Assembly (NCBI GenBank): GCA_965263395.1
Contig: OZ253670.1
Location: 1,387,958 to 1,451,957, forward strand
DNA length: 64,000 nt
Direction of reading: 5' to 3'
DNA from: Dehalococcoidia bacterium
GTDB taxonomy: Bacteria > Chloroflexota > Dehalococcoidia > Lucifugimonadales > UBA3495
How positions within the stretch are numbered: position 1 is the first letter of the stretch; the number at the start of each line of letters is the position of its first letter. Below the pieces are notes generated by a model. That model was not told the origin of the DNA. It searched no databases and worked only from the letters and a program-made list of their open reading frames with translations. A program made the translations under genes and the position numbers. Of this stretch, positions 17,315-26,745 are shown in pieces.

Positions 17315-18469
17315 GTGACCGGCCGAAAGGTACTGCTGCAACGGGCCAGGAAGTTGGCGCCGTTGCTCCGGGAGCGGGCGGGGGAGACCGAGCGGCAGAG
17401 GCGGCCGTCCCAGGACCTGGTCGACGCGCTGGTGGACGCCGATTTAATCCGCGCCGCCCAGCCGGAGCGGTTCGGCGGGCTTGCCCTGGATTTCGACGCC
17501 ACCTTTGACGTCGTGGCCGAACTGTCTCGGGGCTGCGCCTCCACCGGCTGGTGTTACTCCATCTGGTCCAGCCACAACTGGATTGCCGGTATGTTCCCGG
17601 AGCAGGCCCAGGAAGAATACTGGGCCGAGTCGCCCAACACCCTGTCCTCCACTTCCTTCAACCCATCGGGAGGGTCGGTTGTCCCGGTGGCGGGCGGCTA
17701 CCGGGTCTCTGGGCGGTGGGACTTTTCCAGCGGGTGCGACGCCGGAACCTGGGTAATGCTCATCGGCAACGCTCCCGAAGGGCCGTTGATGCTGATGCTG
17801 CCCCGGCGGGACTACCGCATTGACGACACTTGGTTCGTTTCCGGGCTGCGCGGGTCGGGGAGCAAAGACATCCTGGTTGACGACGCCTTCGTCCCCTGCT
17901 GCCGCAGCGTTTCGATGAACGACCTGCGGGAGGGCCGCTCTCCCGGACGGCTGATTCACGACACGCCCAACTACCGCATTCCCATGCGCAGCATCCTGTC
18001 TTTCACCCTGTCCGCCGCGGCGCTGGGAATGGCGCAGGGCGCGTTGGACGTTTTTGCAGACACGATGCGGGAGATGGTCTCAGGGCGCAACGGCGGCAAG
18101 CTGGCGGAGTCGGTGGGGCTGCAACTCCGGCTGGCCGAGGCGGACGCCGAAATCCGGGCGGCGCGGGCCTTGCTTCACGAGGACAGCCGGGAAATCTTCG
18201 ACCGGGCCCGGGAATGCCGGATGCCCACGCTGGAGGAACGGGCGCGCTACCGGCGGGACCAGGCATTCATCGCCAAGCTCAGCGTTCAGGCCGTCAACCG
18301 GATTTTCGAGGCAGCCGGCGGCCGCACCCTGTTCGATTCTCATCCGCTGCAACGGTTCCACCGGGACATTCACGCCGCCTCACACCATGTTTCCCTGGCC
18401 TGGGACTCGCCGGCGGAGCAGTACGGCAAGGCAAGGCTGGGCATCGAATTGGAGCGCCCCGATCTGTAA
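17315..18469 (+). CDS. acyl-CoA dehydrogenase-fold flavin-dependent monooxygenase (HsaA/HpaH/DszC-like)
   Basis: LIRAAQPERFGGLALDF, WFVSGLRGSGSKDILVDDAFVP and C-terminal LQRFHRDIHAASHH. Start uncertain (GTG 17315 or TTG 17258). Confidence 0.7.
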   Translation: MTGRKVLLQRARKLAPLLRERAGETERQRRPSQDLVDALVDADLIRAAQPERFGGLALDFDATFDVVAELSRGCASTGWCYSIWSSHNWIAGMFPEQAQEEYWAESPNTLSSTSFNPSGGSVVPVAGGYRVSGRWDFSSGCDAGTWVMLIGNAPEGPLMLMLPRRDYRIDDTWFVSGLRGSGSKDILVDDAFVPCCRSVSMNDLREGRSPGRLIHDTPNYRIPMRSILSFTLSAAALGMAQGALDVFADTMREMVSGRNGGKLAESVGLQLRLAEADAEIRAARALLHEDSREIFDRARECRMPTLEERARYRRDQAFIAKLSVQAVNRIFEAAGGRTLFDSHPLQRFHRDIHAASHHVSLAWDSPAEQYGKARLGIELERPDL

Positions 18470-18527
18470 CAGCCCGGGACCGAACACTGGCCGCGTCTTG
18501 CCATTCCTGCCAAGGCGGACCGACCCT

Positions 18528-18557
18528 CGTCTTTCCTGCGGAGGCAGGAATCCACGG
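18528..18557. repeat. Family-2 REP half-element
   Basis: CGTCTTTCCTGCGGAGGCAGGAATCCACGG lies immediately after the stop of the upstream gene. Confidence 0.7.
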
Positions 18558-18649
18558 ACGGCTTGCTGAGGCATAGTTGACCTTATACGATTACGCGAGC
18601 AACCCAAACCTCGGTCGCTGACTTGAGGGTTTAACCATAGAGGTTAACC

Positions 18650-19990
18650 ATGATGAACGCTGCCGCCGCCTGGCGGGTAAGACTGGCCCATTCCCTTCCC
18701 TTCTACTACGGATGGGTCATCCTGGGCAACGGCGTGGCGGTCAGCCTCTCCACCCGCACCGTCATGGCCGTGGCGACCCTGTCCGTCTTCGTCGTGCCGA
18801 TGACCGAATCGCTGGGATGGTCGCGGGGGTTGTTCTCCGGCGCCGTCAGCCTGGGCGGGCTGTGCGCCGTTTTCGCATCGCCGCTGGTGGGACGCTGGCT
18901 GGACAAGCACGGGGCCGGGGTTATCCTGGGCGTTGGCTCGCTTGCCACCGGAATCCTGGCCATTGGGCTGGCCTTCGTCACCAGCCCCCTGGCGTTCTAT
19001 TTCCTCTACGTCCCCGGACGGATGATATTCGCCGGGCCGATGGAGTTGGGGCTGCCCACCGCCGTCAGCAACTGGTTCATCCGCCGCCGTCCCAGGGGCC
19101 TGGCCATTGACCACATATCCAAGGGGGCGGGGCTGGCTATCATGCCCCTGGCGGTGCAGATAATCATCAGCGGATACGACTGGCGGACGGCCTGGATTGC
19201 GCTCGGCTGCCTCACCTTTGCTCTGGGGATTGTTCCATCCCTGCTGTTGGTGGCCCGCCGCCCGGAAGACATGGGCCTGGAGCCGGACCCTGCGCCCGCC
19301 CGGAGCAATGCCGACGCGGATAAGCCGGGGGCGCCGGCAGCCGGGGGCAATTCGGGCGCATTGGCCGAAACCAACTTCACCGTGCGGCAGGCGCTTCACA
19401 CCCGCGCCTTCTGGATTCTCTCCGTATTTTCCGGGGCCGGGCTGATGGTACAGGCCGGGGTGAGCCTGCACCAGGTCCCCCATTACATCAACCAGGGCAT
19501 CGACGGGCCGATGGCCGCCCTGAGCGCCAGCACTTTCGCCCTGGCCCAGATGCCCGCCAGCCTGTTCTGGTCGGCGCTGGCCCGGCGGGTGCCGGTGCGG
19601 TTCCTGATGACCGCCGCCGCCTTCGTGGTGGGGATTGCCACGGTGGGGACGATTGCCAGCGATTGGGTGCTGCCCAGCCTGGTTTCCGCCGCCGGCGTGG
19701 GGTTCGGGGTGGGCGGCCTGCACCTGCTGATACGGCTGGTCTGGGCCGACTACTACGGGCGGCAGAACCTGGGGACGATTCGCGGTCTCACCATGTCGGT
19801 GCAGGTTGGAGGACAGGCGCTGGGGCCGGTGATTGCCGGGAGAATGTTCGACTCGTTTGACAGCTACCGCGTTCCCTTCACCATGTTCGCCGCCGCCGTA
19901 TTCCTGGCCGGACTGCTGGCCCTGGCCGCCATACCGCCCAAAGCTCCCACGCCGGCGCCTTCCGGAGAACCGGCAGCGGTGTCGGGCTGA
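18650..19990 (+). CDS. MFS transporter
   Basis: 446 aa with about 12 hydrophobic helices. MFS loop motif in PLVGRWLDKHGAG. Confidence 0.8.
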   Translation: MMNAAAAWRVRLAHSLPFYYGWVILGNGVAVSLSTRTVMAVATLSVFVVPMTESLGWSRGLFSGAVSLGGLCAVFASPLVGRWLDKHGAGVILGVGSLATGILAIGLAFVTSPLAFYFLYVPGRMIFAGPMELGLPTAVSNWFIRRRPRGLAIDHISKGAGLAIMPLAVQIIISGYDWRTAWIALGCLTFALGIVPSLLLVARRPEDMGLEPDPAPARSNADADKPGAPAAGGNSGALAETNFTVRQALHTRAFWILSVFSGAGLMVQAGVSLHQVPHYINQGIDGPMAALSASTFALAQMPASLFWSALARRVPVRFLMTAAAFVVGIATVGTIASDWVLPSLVSAAGVGFGVGGLHLLIRLVWADYYGRQNLGTIRGLTMSVQVGGQALGPVIAGRMFDSFDSYRVPFTMFAAAVFLAGLLALAAIPPKAPTPAPSGEPAAVSG

Positions 19991-20035
19991 CCCTGCCCCG
20001 CTCATTCTCAGCTTGTAGCAGGACTTACCCAATTT

Positions 20036-20075
20036 ACGGGGTACGTTAGGGGATGCATCCCCTAACGTACCCCGT
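20036..20075. repeat. Family-3 perfect 40-bp palindrome between convergent genes (possible bidirectional terminator hairpin)
   Basis: ACGGGGTACGTTAGGGGA-TGCA-TCCCCTAACGTACCCCGT gives an 18-bp stem and 4-nt loop. No U-tract. Related copies at 32225-32262 and 61045-61082. Confidence 0.7.
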
Positions 20076-20141
20076 CCTAACCTTGTCCCAACCCTGCCCG
20101 TTCCCAGACCCTCAAAGGACTTCCATAATTAGCGGCGGCAG

Positions 20142-21494
20142 CTACGACGCTGCCGGCGACGCCTCCGTTTCCCGGGGCAGCGAGTCTTCCCAGTTGGGAA
20201 TCAGGACGCGGGAGCTCGACTCCAGAAGCAGGATAAACACGACCCCCGCCAGGCTGGCGGCGATGGATACGATCCAGGCCAGGTCGTAGGAGCCGCCGCC
20301 GATGGTGATGAATCCGAACAACTCCGTGGGTGTGGCGTCGTTGAGGCGGAAGTCGTAGACCAACCCGCCAATCAGCCCGCCCGCGGCCATGCCCAACCCG
20401 GAACCCAGGTGCTGGAACCCGAATATGGAGCGCACCGGCCCCATGCCGTAATACTGGCGGTTGGCGATGAGGAAGGCGGACATCTCCCCGCCGAACCCGA
20501 TGCCGAAGAGAACGGCAAACAGGTAAAACTCCCACGGACTTTGCGCCCAGAACAGCATCAACACCGTGACCCCTTGCAGGAAGTAGGGCAGGATCATGGT
20601 AGCCTTGGCCCCCCACCGGTCGGCCAGGATGGGAACGAACAAACGGCTGCTGACGCTGGCCATGGTGTAGACGGTGACTATCCAGGACGCTGCCGCCAGG
20701 GACAACCCCTGCTCGGTGGCGTGCAACACGATGTGCCACATGACGACGGAGTGGCCCATGCATCCCAGGTAGTGGATGAAGGGCAGGTTCCAGAATGCCC
20801 GGGTGCGGCGGGCGTGCTGCAGGAAGACCTTGCTGCGCAGCTTGGCGGTGGCCGGGTCGAGGCGTACCGGCGCCGGGTCGTCGGCGTCGGCTCCCAGGGG
20901 CTTCATGCCCCGGTCCGCCGGTTCGCTGTGGAAGAAGGCCAGCAGCGAGAACAGTATTACGCCGCCCACTGCGGGAATAATCCAGAAGGCCACCTGCCAG
21001 CCGGTCTGGGACACCAGCAGCGCCAGCGCCGGGGCGGTGATGGATGCGCCCATGCCCCCGATGGACTGCTGGATTCCGACGGCGACGCCCAGCTTCTTCT
21101 TGAACCAGGCCGCCACGGTGGTCGGGATGTTCACGCTGAAGAGGGCCTGAGCCAACCCCAAAAGCAGGCTGTAGTAGATGTAAAGCTGCCATAGCTGGTC
21201 CATGGTGCTCAGCAGCAGCATTCCGCCGACGTACAGGGTGGCGGCCACCAACAGCGACCGGCGCGCCCCGTAGCGGTCGCCGACCCACCCGGCGGCGGGG
21301 GACAGCAGGGCGCTGCACACACTGCGGAACACCTGGGCCAGGACAATGGCCGTCACGCCCCAGGCAAAGTCCTGCTGGAGCACGACGAGGATGACGGCGA
21401 AAGCCTGGCTGACAAAGTTGGAGGTGACCCGGAGCATGGTGCCCATGCCCACCACCACCCAGGCGTAGTGGTACTGTTCCCGCAACGAGTCCAT
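20142..21494 (-). CDS. MFS transporter
   Basis: Start taken at ATG 21494 (MDSLREQYHYAWVVVGMG). MFS motif A in GWVGDRYGARRS. About 12 TM helices. The track's N-terminal 79-aa extension looks non-coding. Confidence 0.8.
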   Translation of the reverse strand: MDSLREQYHYAWVVVGMGTMLRVTSNFVSQAFAVILVVLQQDFAWGVTAIVLAQVFRSVCSALLSPAAGWVGDRYGARRSLLVAATLYVGGMLLLSTMDQLWQLYIYYSLLLGLAQALFSVNIPTTVAAWFKKKLGVAVGIQQSIGGMGASITAPALALLVSQTGWQVAFWIIPAVGGVILFSLLAFFHSEPADRGMKPLGADADDPAPVRLDPATAKLRSKVFLQHARRTRAFWNLPFIHYLGCMGHSVVMWHIVLHATEQGLSLAAASWIVTVYTMASVSSRLFVPILADRWGAKATMILPYFLQGVTVLMLFWAQSPWEFYLFAVLFGIGFGGEMSAFLIANRQYYGMGPVRSIFGFQHLGSGLGMAAGGLIGGLVYDFRLNDATPTELFGFITIGGGSYDLAWIVSIAASLAGVVFILLLESSSRVLIPNWEDSLPRETEASPAAS

Positions 21495-21744
21495 CCGGGT
21501 TGACCAGTCGATATTCAAACCGAATCCCTCCACTCTGCCAGGGAATGCCCCCCGTCCGGCGCAAGCTCTGGGCCGGAAGCCGCCGAAGTTAACCGCCGCA
21601 GGACAGGACATCTGCAATTGAAGCATTGTACCCACGGGCGGGGCCGCTGGCAAATGCCCGTCCGCTCCCGTCCAATTGACCCGTGGCCTATAATTGGCCG
21701 TACTTGATACACCGATTGGGCACACCACCACACGGGAGGCTCCT

Positions 21745-22875
21745 ATGGGCTGGTCGCAGCATCACCGCAACGGGTTGATTTACTACGCTCCGCAGCACAG
21801 TTTTCGGGGGTACACCCTGACCACCAACGTCGGCGGGTCGTGGGCCAACCTGATTGACATGGAGGGGCGGGTGTGCCACCGCTGGCATCTGAACGAGGGC
21901 ATCGAGTACGCCCGCCTGCTGACCTACGGGACGCTGCTGGTCCGCACGGCCCCGGCCGAGGACGCCGGCGGCGCGGAACGCATCGGCGGTTCGTCCGCTG
22001 CTATCGTCGAATTGGACTGGGACAGCCACGTTGTCTGGAGCTACCGCAACCCGCTGCTGCACCACGACTACCAGCGCCTGCCCAACGGCAACACCCTGGT
22101 CCTGTTGTTTGAGCGCATTCCCGCCGAGCTGACGGTGCAGGTGCAGGGCGGTATGCGGAATGACACGAACCCGGAGCAGATGTTCGGCGACGTGGTAAAG
22201 GAGATTGCCCCGGACGGCGCCGTCGTCCACGAGTGGCGGTCGTGGGAACACCTGGACCTTGCCGGGGACGTGATCTGCCCGCTGGAAGAGCGGCGCGAGT
22301 GGACCCACGGCAACTCGATTAACCTGACGGCGGAAGGCCATCTGCTCATCAGCTTCCGGCTGACCAGCACCATCGGCATCGTTGACCGGGGCGACGGGCA
22401 TTTCCGGTGGAAGTGGGGCCCCGGCGAGGTCTACCACCAGCATCATCCCACCGAACTGCCCAACGGCCGCATCCTGCTGTTTGACAACGGCGGCCACCGG
22501 CCCCGGTCCACCTGGTCGCGGGTGCTGGAGGTTGATCCGGCGACCAACTGCATTGAGTGGCAGTACCGGGGCGACCCGCCCATATCCTTCCACAGCCCCA
22601 ACATCAGCAGCGCCGACCGGCTGCCCAACGGCAACACGCTGGTCTGCGAAGGCGCTCCCGGCAGGGCCTTCGAGGTGACCCCCGGCGGACAGATAGTTTG
22701 GGAGTACGTCAACCCCTTCTTCGCCCCCGGCGGCGGGGTGGCCGGCGGCAATCCGGGGGACATGACCAACTCCATGTTCCGCGCCCACCGCTACGCCCCG
22801 GACCATTCGGGGTTGAGCGGCCGAGACCTGGACCCGGGACGTTACGGCAACCTGAACCGGCTTTACCAAGCCTGA
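21745..22875 (+). CDS. arylsulfotransferase (ASST)-like beta-propeller protein
   Basis: ATG 21745 follows GGGAGG. Blades HHDYQRLPNGNTLVL, ELPNGRILLFDNGGH and RLPNGNTLVCEG. Confidence 0.6.
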   Translation: MGWSQHHRNGLIYYAPQHSFRGYTLTTNVGGSWANLIDMEGRVCHRWHLNEGIEYARLLTYGTLLVRTAPAEDAGGAERIGGSSAAIVELDWDSHVVWSYRNPLLHHDYQRLPNGNTLVLLFERIPAELTVQVQGGMRNDTNPEQMFGDVVKEIAPDGAVVHEWRSWEHLDLAGDVICPLEERREWTHGNSINLTAEGHLLISFRLTSTIGIVDRGDGHFRWKWGPGEVYHQHHPTELPNGRILLFDNGGHRPRSTWSRVLEVDPATNCIEWQYRGDPPISFHSPNISSADRLPNGNTLVCEGAPGRAFEVTPGGQIVWEYVNPFFAPGGGVAGGNPGDMTNSMFRAHRYAPDHSGLSGRDLDPGRYGNLNRLYQA

Positions 22876-22995
22876 GTGTTGTCTCCTAGCCCTTCCTTAA
22901 ATTCCCTGGGGCTGCACGTTTTACGTTGAGCTTCACTTCGCTCCATGATTCCGGCCTGCCTCACCGCGTAGGAGGCGCCCTCCGGTAGAGCTTGG

Positions 22996-23141
22996 GGTCT
23001 TTTAATTCTCGAAAGAATCCCCTCGCCCTCTGGGAGAGGGTGAGGGTGAGGGTGTTCCCTCCAAGAGCAACCGTTGCCGGTGCGCGGGGGGGCCTCACCC
23101 CCGGCCCCTCTCCCGCGGGGAGAGGGGAGAATTAAAAGACC
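22996..23141. repeat. Family-1 palindromic MITE-like element, intact copy (146 bp)
   Basis: Termini GGTCTTTTAATTCTCGAAAG...GAGAATTAAAAGACC. Internal arms CCCCTCGCCCTCTGGGAGAGGGTGAGGGTGAGGG and CCTCACCCCCGGCCCCTCTCCCGCGGGGAGAGGGG. Flanked by 16-bp direct repeats CTCCGGTAGAGCTTGG and CTCCGGTAGAGCCTGG. Confidence 0.85.
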
Positions 23142-23312
23142 CTCCGGTAGAGCCTGGCTGAATTGACAGGAATCAGCGCAATGGGTAGCATTGCGCCAAT
23201 GTCCGGGTGCGGGCAAAACCGGATCAGCCGACGCATTTCCACGACCGGCAACCGCAGCGAAGTCCGCACCGCACCACCAGCGCAATGCAAGAAACAATTA
23301 CGGAGGGAACCA

Positions 23313-24113
23313 ATGTTTGTCCGACGCAACCTTAGCGATTCAGTTCCTACGCCGGAAGGCGATATGCACTTCGTCAAGCAGGGGAGCGGTTATCCCCTGG
23401 TGATGCTGCATCCCCTGGGCACGTCCACCTGGGCGTGGCACACCGTCATCGACTCGCTGAGCCAGCACTTTACCTGCTATGCCTTCGATATGCTGGGGCA
23501 CGGCGAATCCGACAAGCCCAACCGTCACTTCAACATCCCCGACTATGCCCGCGCGCTGGACCACGCCTGCCAGCTGATGAACATCCACCGCGGCCACTAT
23601 GTCGGCAACTCGGTGGGGGCCTGCCTGGCCACCGAAATGGCCGCCAGCTACCCGGAGCGGCTGGACAAGCTGGCCCTGGTCGGCTGTCCGGTGTGGGACC
23701 CGCGCACCGCCGCCGCGCGTTTGGCCGAAGGCGCCGCCAACTTCAACGAGAACGGCCTGCCCACTCCAAGGACGCTGGAACAAATGAAGGACCAGACCAC
23801 TTTCGCCGAGCCCAGGCAGGAATGGGTGGACGCCACCAACGAGACCCGCGCCCAGGCCGGCGTGTGGGTCAAGAACCTGATGGAGTCGCTGGCCCACTAC
23901 GACATCATGTCGCGCCTGCCCCGCATCCAGGCTTCCGCCACGCTGGTTATGTACGGCGAGCACGACCGCCTGCGGGACGGCGAGGAATTGCTCCACAACA
24001 ACATCGCCAACGCCAGCAAGGCGGTCCTGCCCGGGTTGGGCCACATTCCCCAGATTGAAGACCCGGAAATGTTCGTTGATTCCCTGCTGGCTTTCCTGGA
24101 GCCCCACCGGTAA
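23313..24113 (+). CDS. alpha/beta hydrolase
   Basis: GSGYPLVMLHPLGTSTWAWH, nucleophile elbow GNSVGA, and GHIPQIEDPEMF. Start at ATG 23313 after GGAGGGA. Confidence 0.8.
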   Translation: MFVRRNLSDSVPTPEGDMHFVKQGSGYPLVMLHPLGTSTWAWHTVIDSLSQHFTCYAFDMLGHGESDKPNRHFNIPDYARALDHACQLMNIHRGHYVGNSVGACLATEMAASYPERLDKLALVGCPVWDPRTAAARLAEGAANFNENGLPTPRTLEQMKDQTTFAEPRQEWVDATNETRAQAGVWVKNLMESLAHYDIMSRLPRIQASATLVMYGEHDRLRDGEELLHNNIANASKAVLPGLGHIPQIEDPEMFVDSLLAFLEPHR

Positions 24114-24187
24114 CCGGCCGGTCCACCCTGGCGCAGGCCGGCGCCGGCGCTTAATCGTTAACCGAAATAAACTGTGGAGTAAGCCAA

Positions 24188-24637
24188 ATGCCAGACAATT
24201 CATTCACTTCGTGGGTCCACGGCTCCAGTATGCAGGTGGAATACCCCAACCGCATCACCGCGGTGCGTCACACCGGCCCCTTCGTCCGTATTGAAGGCTC
24301 GGAAGGGCAGAATACGTGGGTGCATTTTCCGGTGCCGACGCCCACGGTCAGCAACGGGAACAAGGTCAAGGCCGAGGCGGCTCTGGTCAGCTTCCGCACC
24401 CAGTCCTTTGCTGCCGTGAAGGAGGTCATCGTCTACGACGGCGAGAAGCGCATCGCCGAGCACATGGACATTGACCTGAAGGGCAACCATCTGGACGCCC
24501 GCTTTGAGGTGCCCGGCACGCCCGAAGTGGAAAAGGGCATCAACATCGTGGTGGGCGTGGTATTCGACTACAACTCGCCCAACGTGCGCTCGATGCAGAT
24601 TGAGATTGTGGGGGCGGGAATCGAATTCCAGGGATAA
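24188..24637 (+). CDS. hypothetical protein
   Basis: 149-aa ORF with backbone-like composition, lying between two same-strand genes. No family recognised. Confidence 0.5.
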   Translation: MPDNSFTSWVHGSSMQVEYPNRITAVRHTGPFVRIEGSEGQNTWVHFPVPTPTVSNGNKVKAEAALVSFRTQSFAAVKEVIVYDGEKRIAEHMDIDLKGNHLDARFEVPGTPEVEKGINIVVGVVFDYNSPNVRSMQIEIVGAGIEFQG

Positions 24638-24713
24638 CCGCACCTAAACGTCTAGCGGAAACCGTCCCCGTTCCCAAACCGCCGCGGACGCGGACACACC
24701 GGGAGGCAGCGAT

Positions 24714-25784
24714 ATGAAGTTCGGCCTGATGTACGAAATCCAGGTGCCGGAACCCCACCATCCCGGCATTGAGCAGGAACGCTACCAGCAAGTGCTGGCC
24801 CAGGTGGATCTCGCTGACGAGATGGGGTTCGACTACTTCTGGACGGTGGAGCACCACTTCCTGCGGGAGTTCTCCCACTGCTCCGCTCCCGAAGTGCTCT
24901 ACGGGGCCATCTCCCAGCGCACCAAGCGCATCCGCATCGGCCACGCCGTCGCGCTGCTTCCCGGCCAGTACAACCATCCGGTGCGGGTGGCGGAGCGGGC
25001 CGCGGTGCTGGACATCCTCAGCGGCGGCCGCGTGGACTTGGGCACGGGCCGGTCCACCACCCTCATCGAAATGGACGGGTTCGAGGTCAACCCGGATGAA
25101 ACCCGGGCGCAGTGGGAAGAGGCTGTCCGCATGATTCCCCGGATGTGGACCGAAGACCCCTTCTCCCACGAGGGACAGTTCTACACCATCCCGCCCCGGT
25201 CCGTAATCCCCAAGCCGGTGCAGAAACCCCACCCGCCGATGTGGGTGGCCTGCAGCCAGCCCGACAGCTTCCGCTCCGCCGGCGAGATGGGTCTGGGTGT
25301 CCTGTGCTTCAACCTGGGCGGCTATGCCCAAATGGAAGAGCGGGTCAGCGCCTACCGGGAAGCGGTCAAGACCGCCAACCCGGTGGGGAAGTTCGTCAAC
25401 GACCAGGTGGCGGCCCTCTGCCTGATTCACGTCGCCGAGGATGACGAAGAAGCCCGCCGGGTGGCCTCCCCGGAAGGGGAGTGGTTCGTCAACAAGGCCG
25501 AGGACCTCTACCAGCCCTGGCAGGGAAGGCAGGTCCCGGACTCTTACCAGTTCGCCGTGTCAGCGGTGCAGCAAGAGCGGGTCAACAAGACCGCCGCCGA
25601 CCACATCGAGTCCGGCGCCTTCGCCATGGGAGACCCGGACACGGTAATCAAGGTGCTGAAAAACTACGAAGCAGCCGGCGTCGACCAAATCCTGTGTTTC
25701 ATGCAAATGGGCAACCTGGCCCACTCCCGCATCATGGACTCCATCAAGCTCTTCGCCCGCCACGTAATCCCCTACTTCAAGTAA
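24714..25784 (+). CDS. LLM-class (luciferase-like) flavin-dependent oxidoreductase
   Basis: MKFGLMYEIQ, FDYFWTVEHHFLREFS and RIRIGHAVALLP fit the luciferase-like monooxygenase pattern. Confidence 0.85.
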   Translation: MKFGLMYEIQVPEPHHPGIEQERYQQVLAQVDLADEMGFDYFWTVEHHFLREFSHCSAPEVLYGAISQRTKRIRIGHAVALLPGQYNHPVRVAERAAVLDILSGGRVDLGTGRSTTLIEMDGFEVNPDETRAQWEEAVRMIPRMWTEDPFSHEGQFYTIPPRSVIPKPVQKPHPPMWVACSQPDSFRSAGEMGLGVLCFNLGGYAQMEERVSAYREAVKTANPVGKFVNDQVAALCLIHVAEDDEEARRVASPEGEWFVNKAEDLYQPWQGRQVPDSYQFAVSAVQQERVNKTAADHIESGAFAMGDPDTVIKVLKNYEAAGVDQILCFMQMGNLAHSRIMDSIKLFARHVIPYFK

Positions 25785-25915
25785 GGGAACGGGGAAGGAT
25801 GCACAATGCCCGTAACGCGCCGTGACGTGGTAATTTGCTATGCTGTTCATACATCGTTGTCCCGCTGGGAGTAATCAAGAGAACAAAAAAACCCCACAAG
25901 GAACGTAGGATCACT

Positions 25916-26164
25916 GTGGCCGCTAAACTACAGAAAGAGTTTGATTTTTACCTTGCCAATCAAGATTGGATGGTGGAGCAGTACGACGGAAAATGCGTTG
26001 TCATCAAAGACGGAGAGGTTCTCGGCGCATACGACAACGAGCTTGCCGCTGTAACTGAGACACAGAAGCATCACCCACTCGGGACATTCCTGGTTCAGAG
26101 GGTGAGCGAGGGTAACGAAGCCTACACAGTCATCGTTAATTCTCCCGGTGTGCGGATTCCTTAA
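25916..26164 (+). CDS. DUF5678-like small protein
   Basis: KLQKEFDFYLANQDWMVEQYDGKCVVIKDGEVLGAYDNELAAV fits the DUF5678 pattern. AT-richer than the flanks. GTG 25916 taken as start. Confidence 0.55.
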   Translation: MAAKLQKEFDFYLANQDWMVEQYDGKCVVIKDGEVLGAYDNELAAVTETQKHHPLGTFLVQRVSEGNEAYTVIVNSPGVRIP

Positions 26165-26648
26165 TGCAGCCTCCGGGCCCATACAGCTTCACCGTTGCTG
26201 GCGACCATCTACTGAACGTTTTGCAGAGCGAGTGTCATTTCTCTCGCTCCTGGGACTCTGGCAGCAGTGAACCCGCCCCTCCAACCCAGCCCTTCACTGC
26301 CACTTGGGACACGGGGACCACAATTTGTGTGATTACCCAGGCCGTCATTGATGCCTGTGGCTTGGCGCCAATAGGGGTCGCTACTGCCTATCATGCTCAA
26401 GGCGAAACCCCGAACGTAGACATATATTGGTTAACATTGGACTGCCAAACAGAATCATGTTCACCGGAGTCCCTGCTATGGTGGGCGTCGTCAAGAATAC
26501 CGACGCGCTGATTGGGATGAATATCATCAACCAGGGGGATTTCGCTGTAACCAACCTGAACGGCAGGACGAAATTCTCGTTTCGCTACCCGTCCATAAAC
26601 GACATCGACTTCGTAGAGGAAGAGAGAAACACCCAAACGCCGGAATAG
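26164..26648 (+). pseudogene. retropepsin-like aspartic protease, split by a frameshift near 26425
   Basis: Frame 1 has the catalytic TWDTGTTICVIT (D-T-G). Frame 2 continues ...VGVVKNTDALIGMNIINQGDFAVT (the ILGMD-type second motif). The frames change within GACATATATTGGTTAACATTGG. Confidence 0.65.
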
Positions 26649-26745
26649 CCGGCAATCCACGGCAACGGAAATTAAAGGCCCATGCACCTCGGTGAGTGCA
26701 TGGGCTTTTAATTTCCGTGGGTTACTCTTGAAAGGGGTGACCAAC

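Noticed and set aside
18644-21564. Very long ORFs 18644-20032 (-, 462 aa) and 20077-21564 (-, 495 aa).
   Set aside because: They are antisense to, or out of frame with, clear MFS transporter genes. Their translations are Gly/Arg/Pro/His-rich low-complexity strings with no motifs, typical of GC-driven shadow ORFs.
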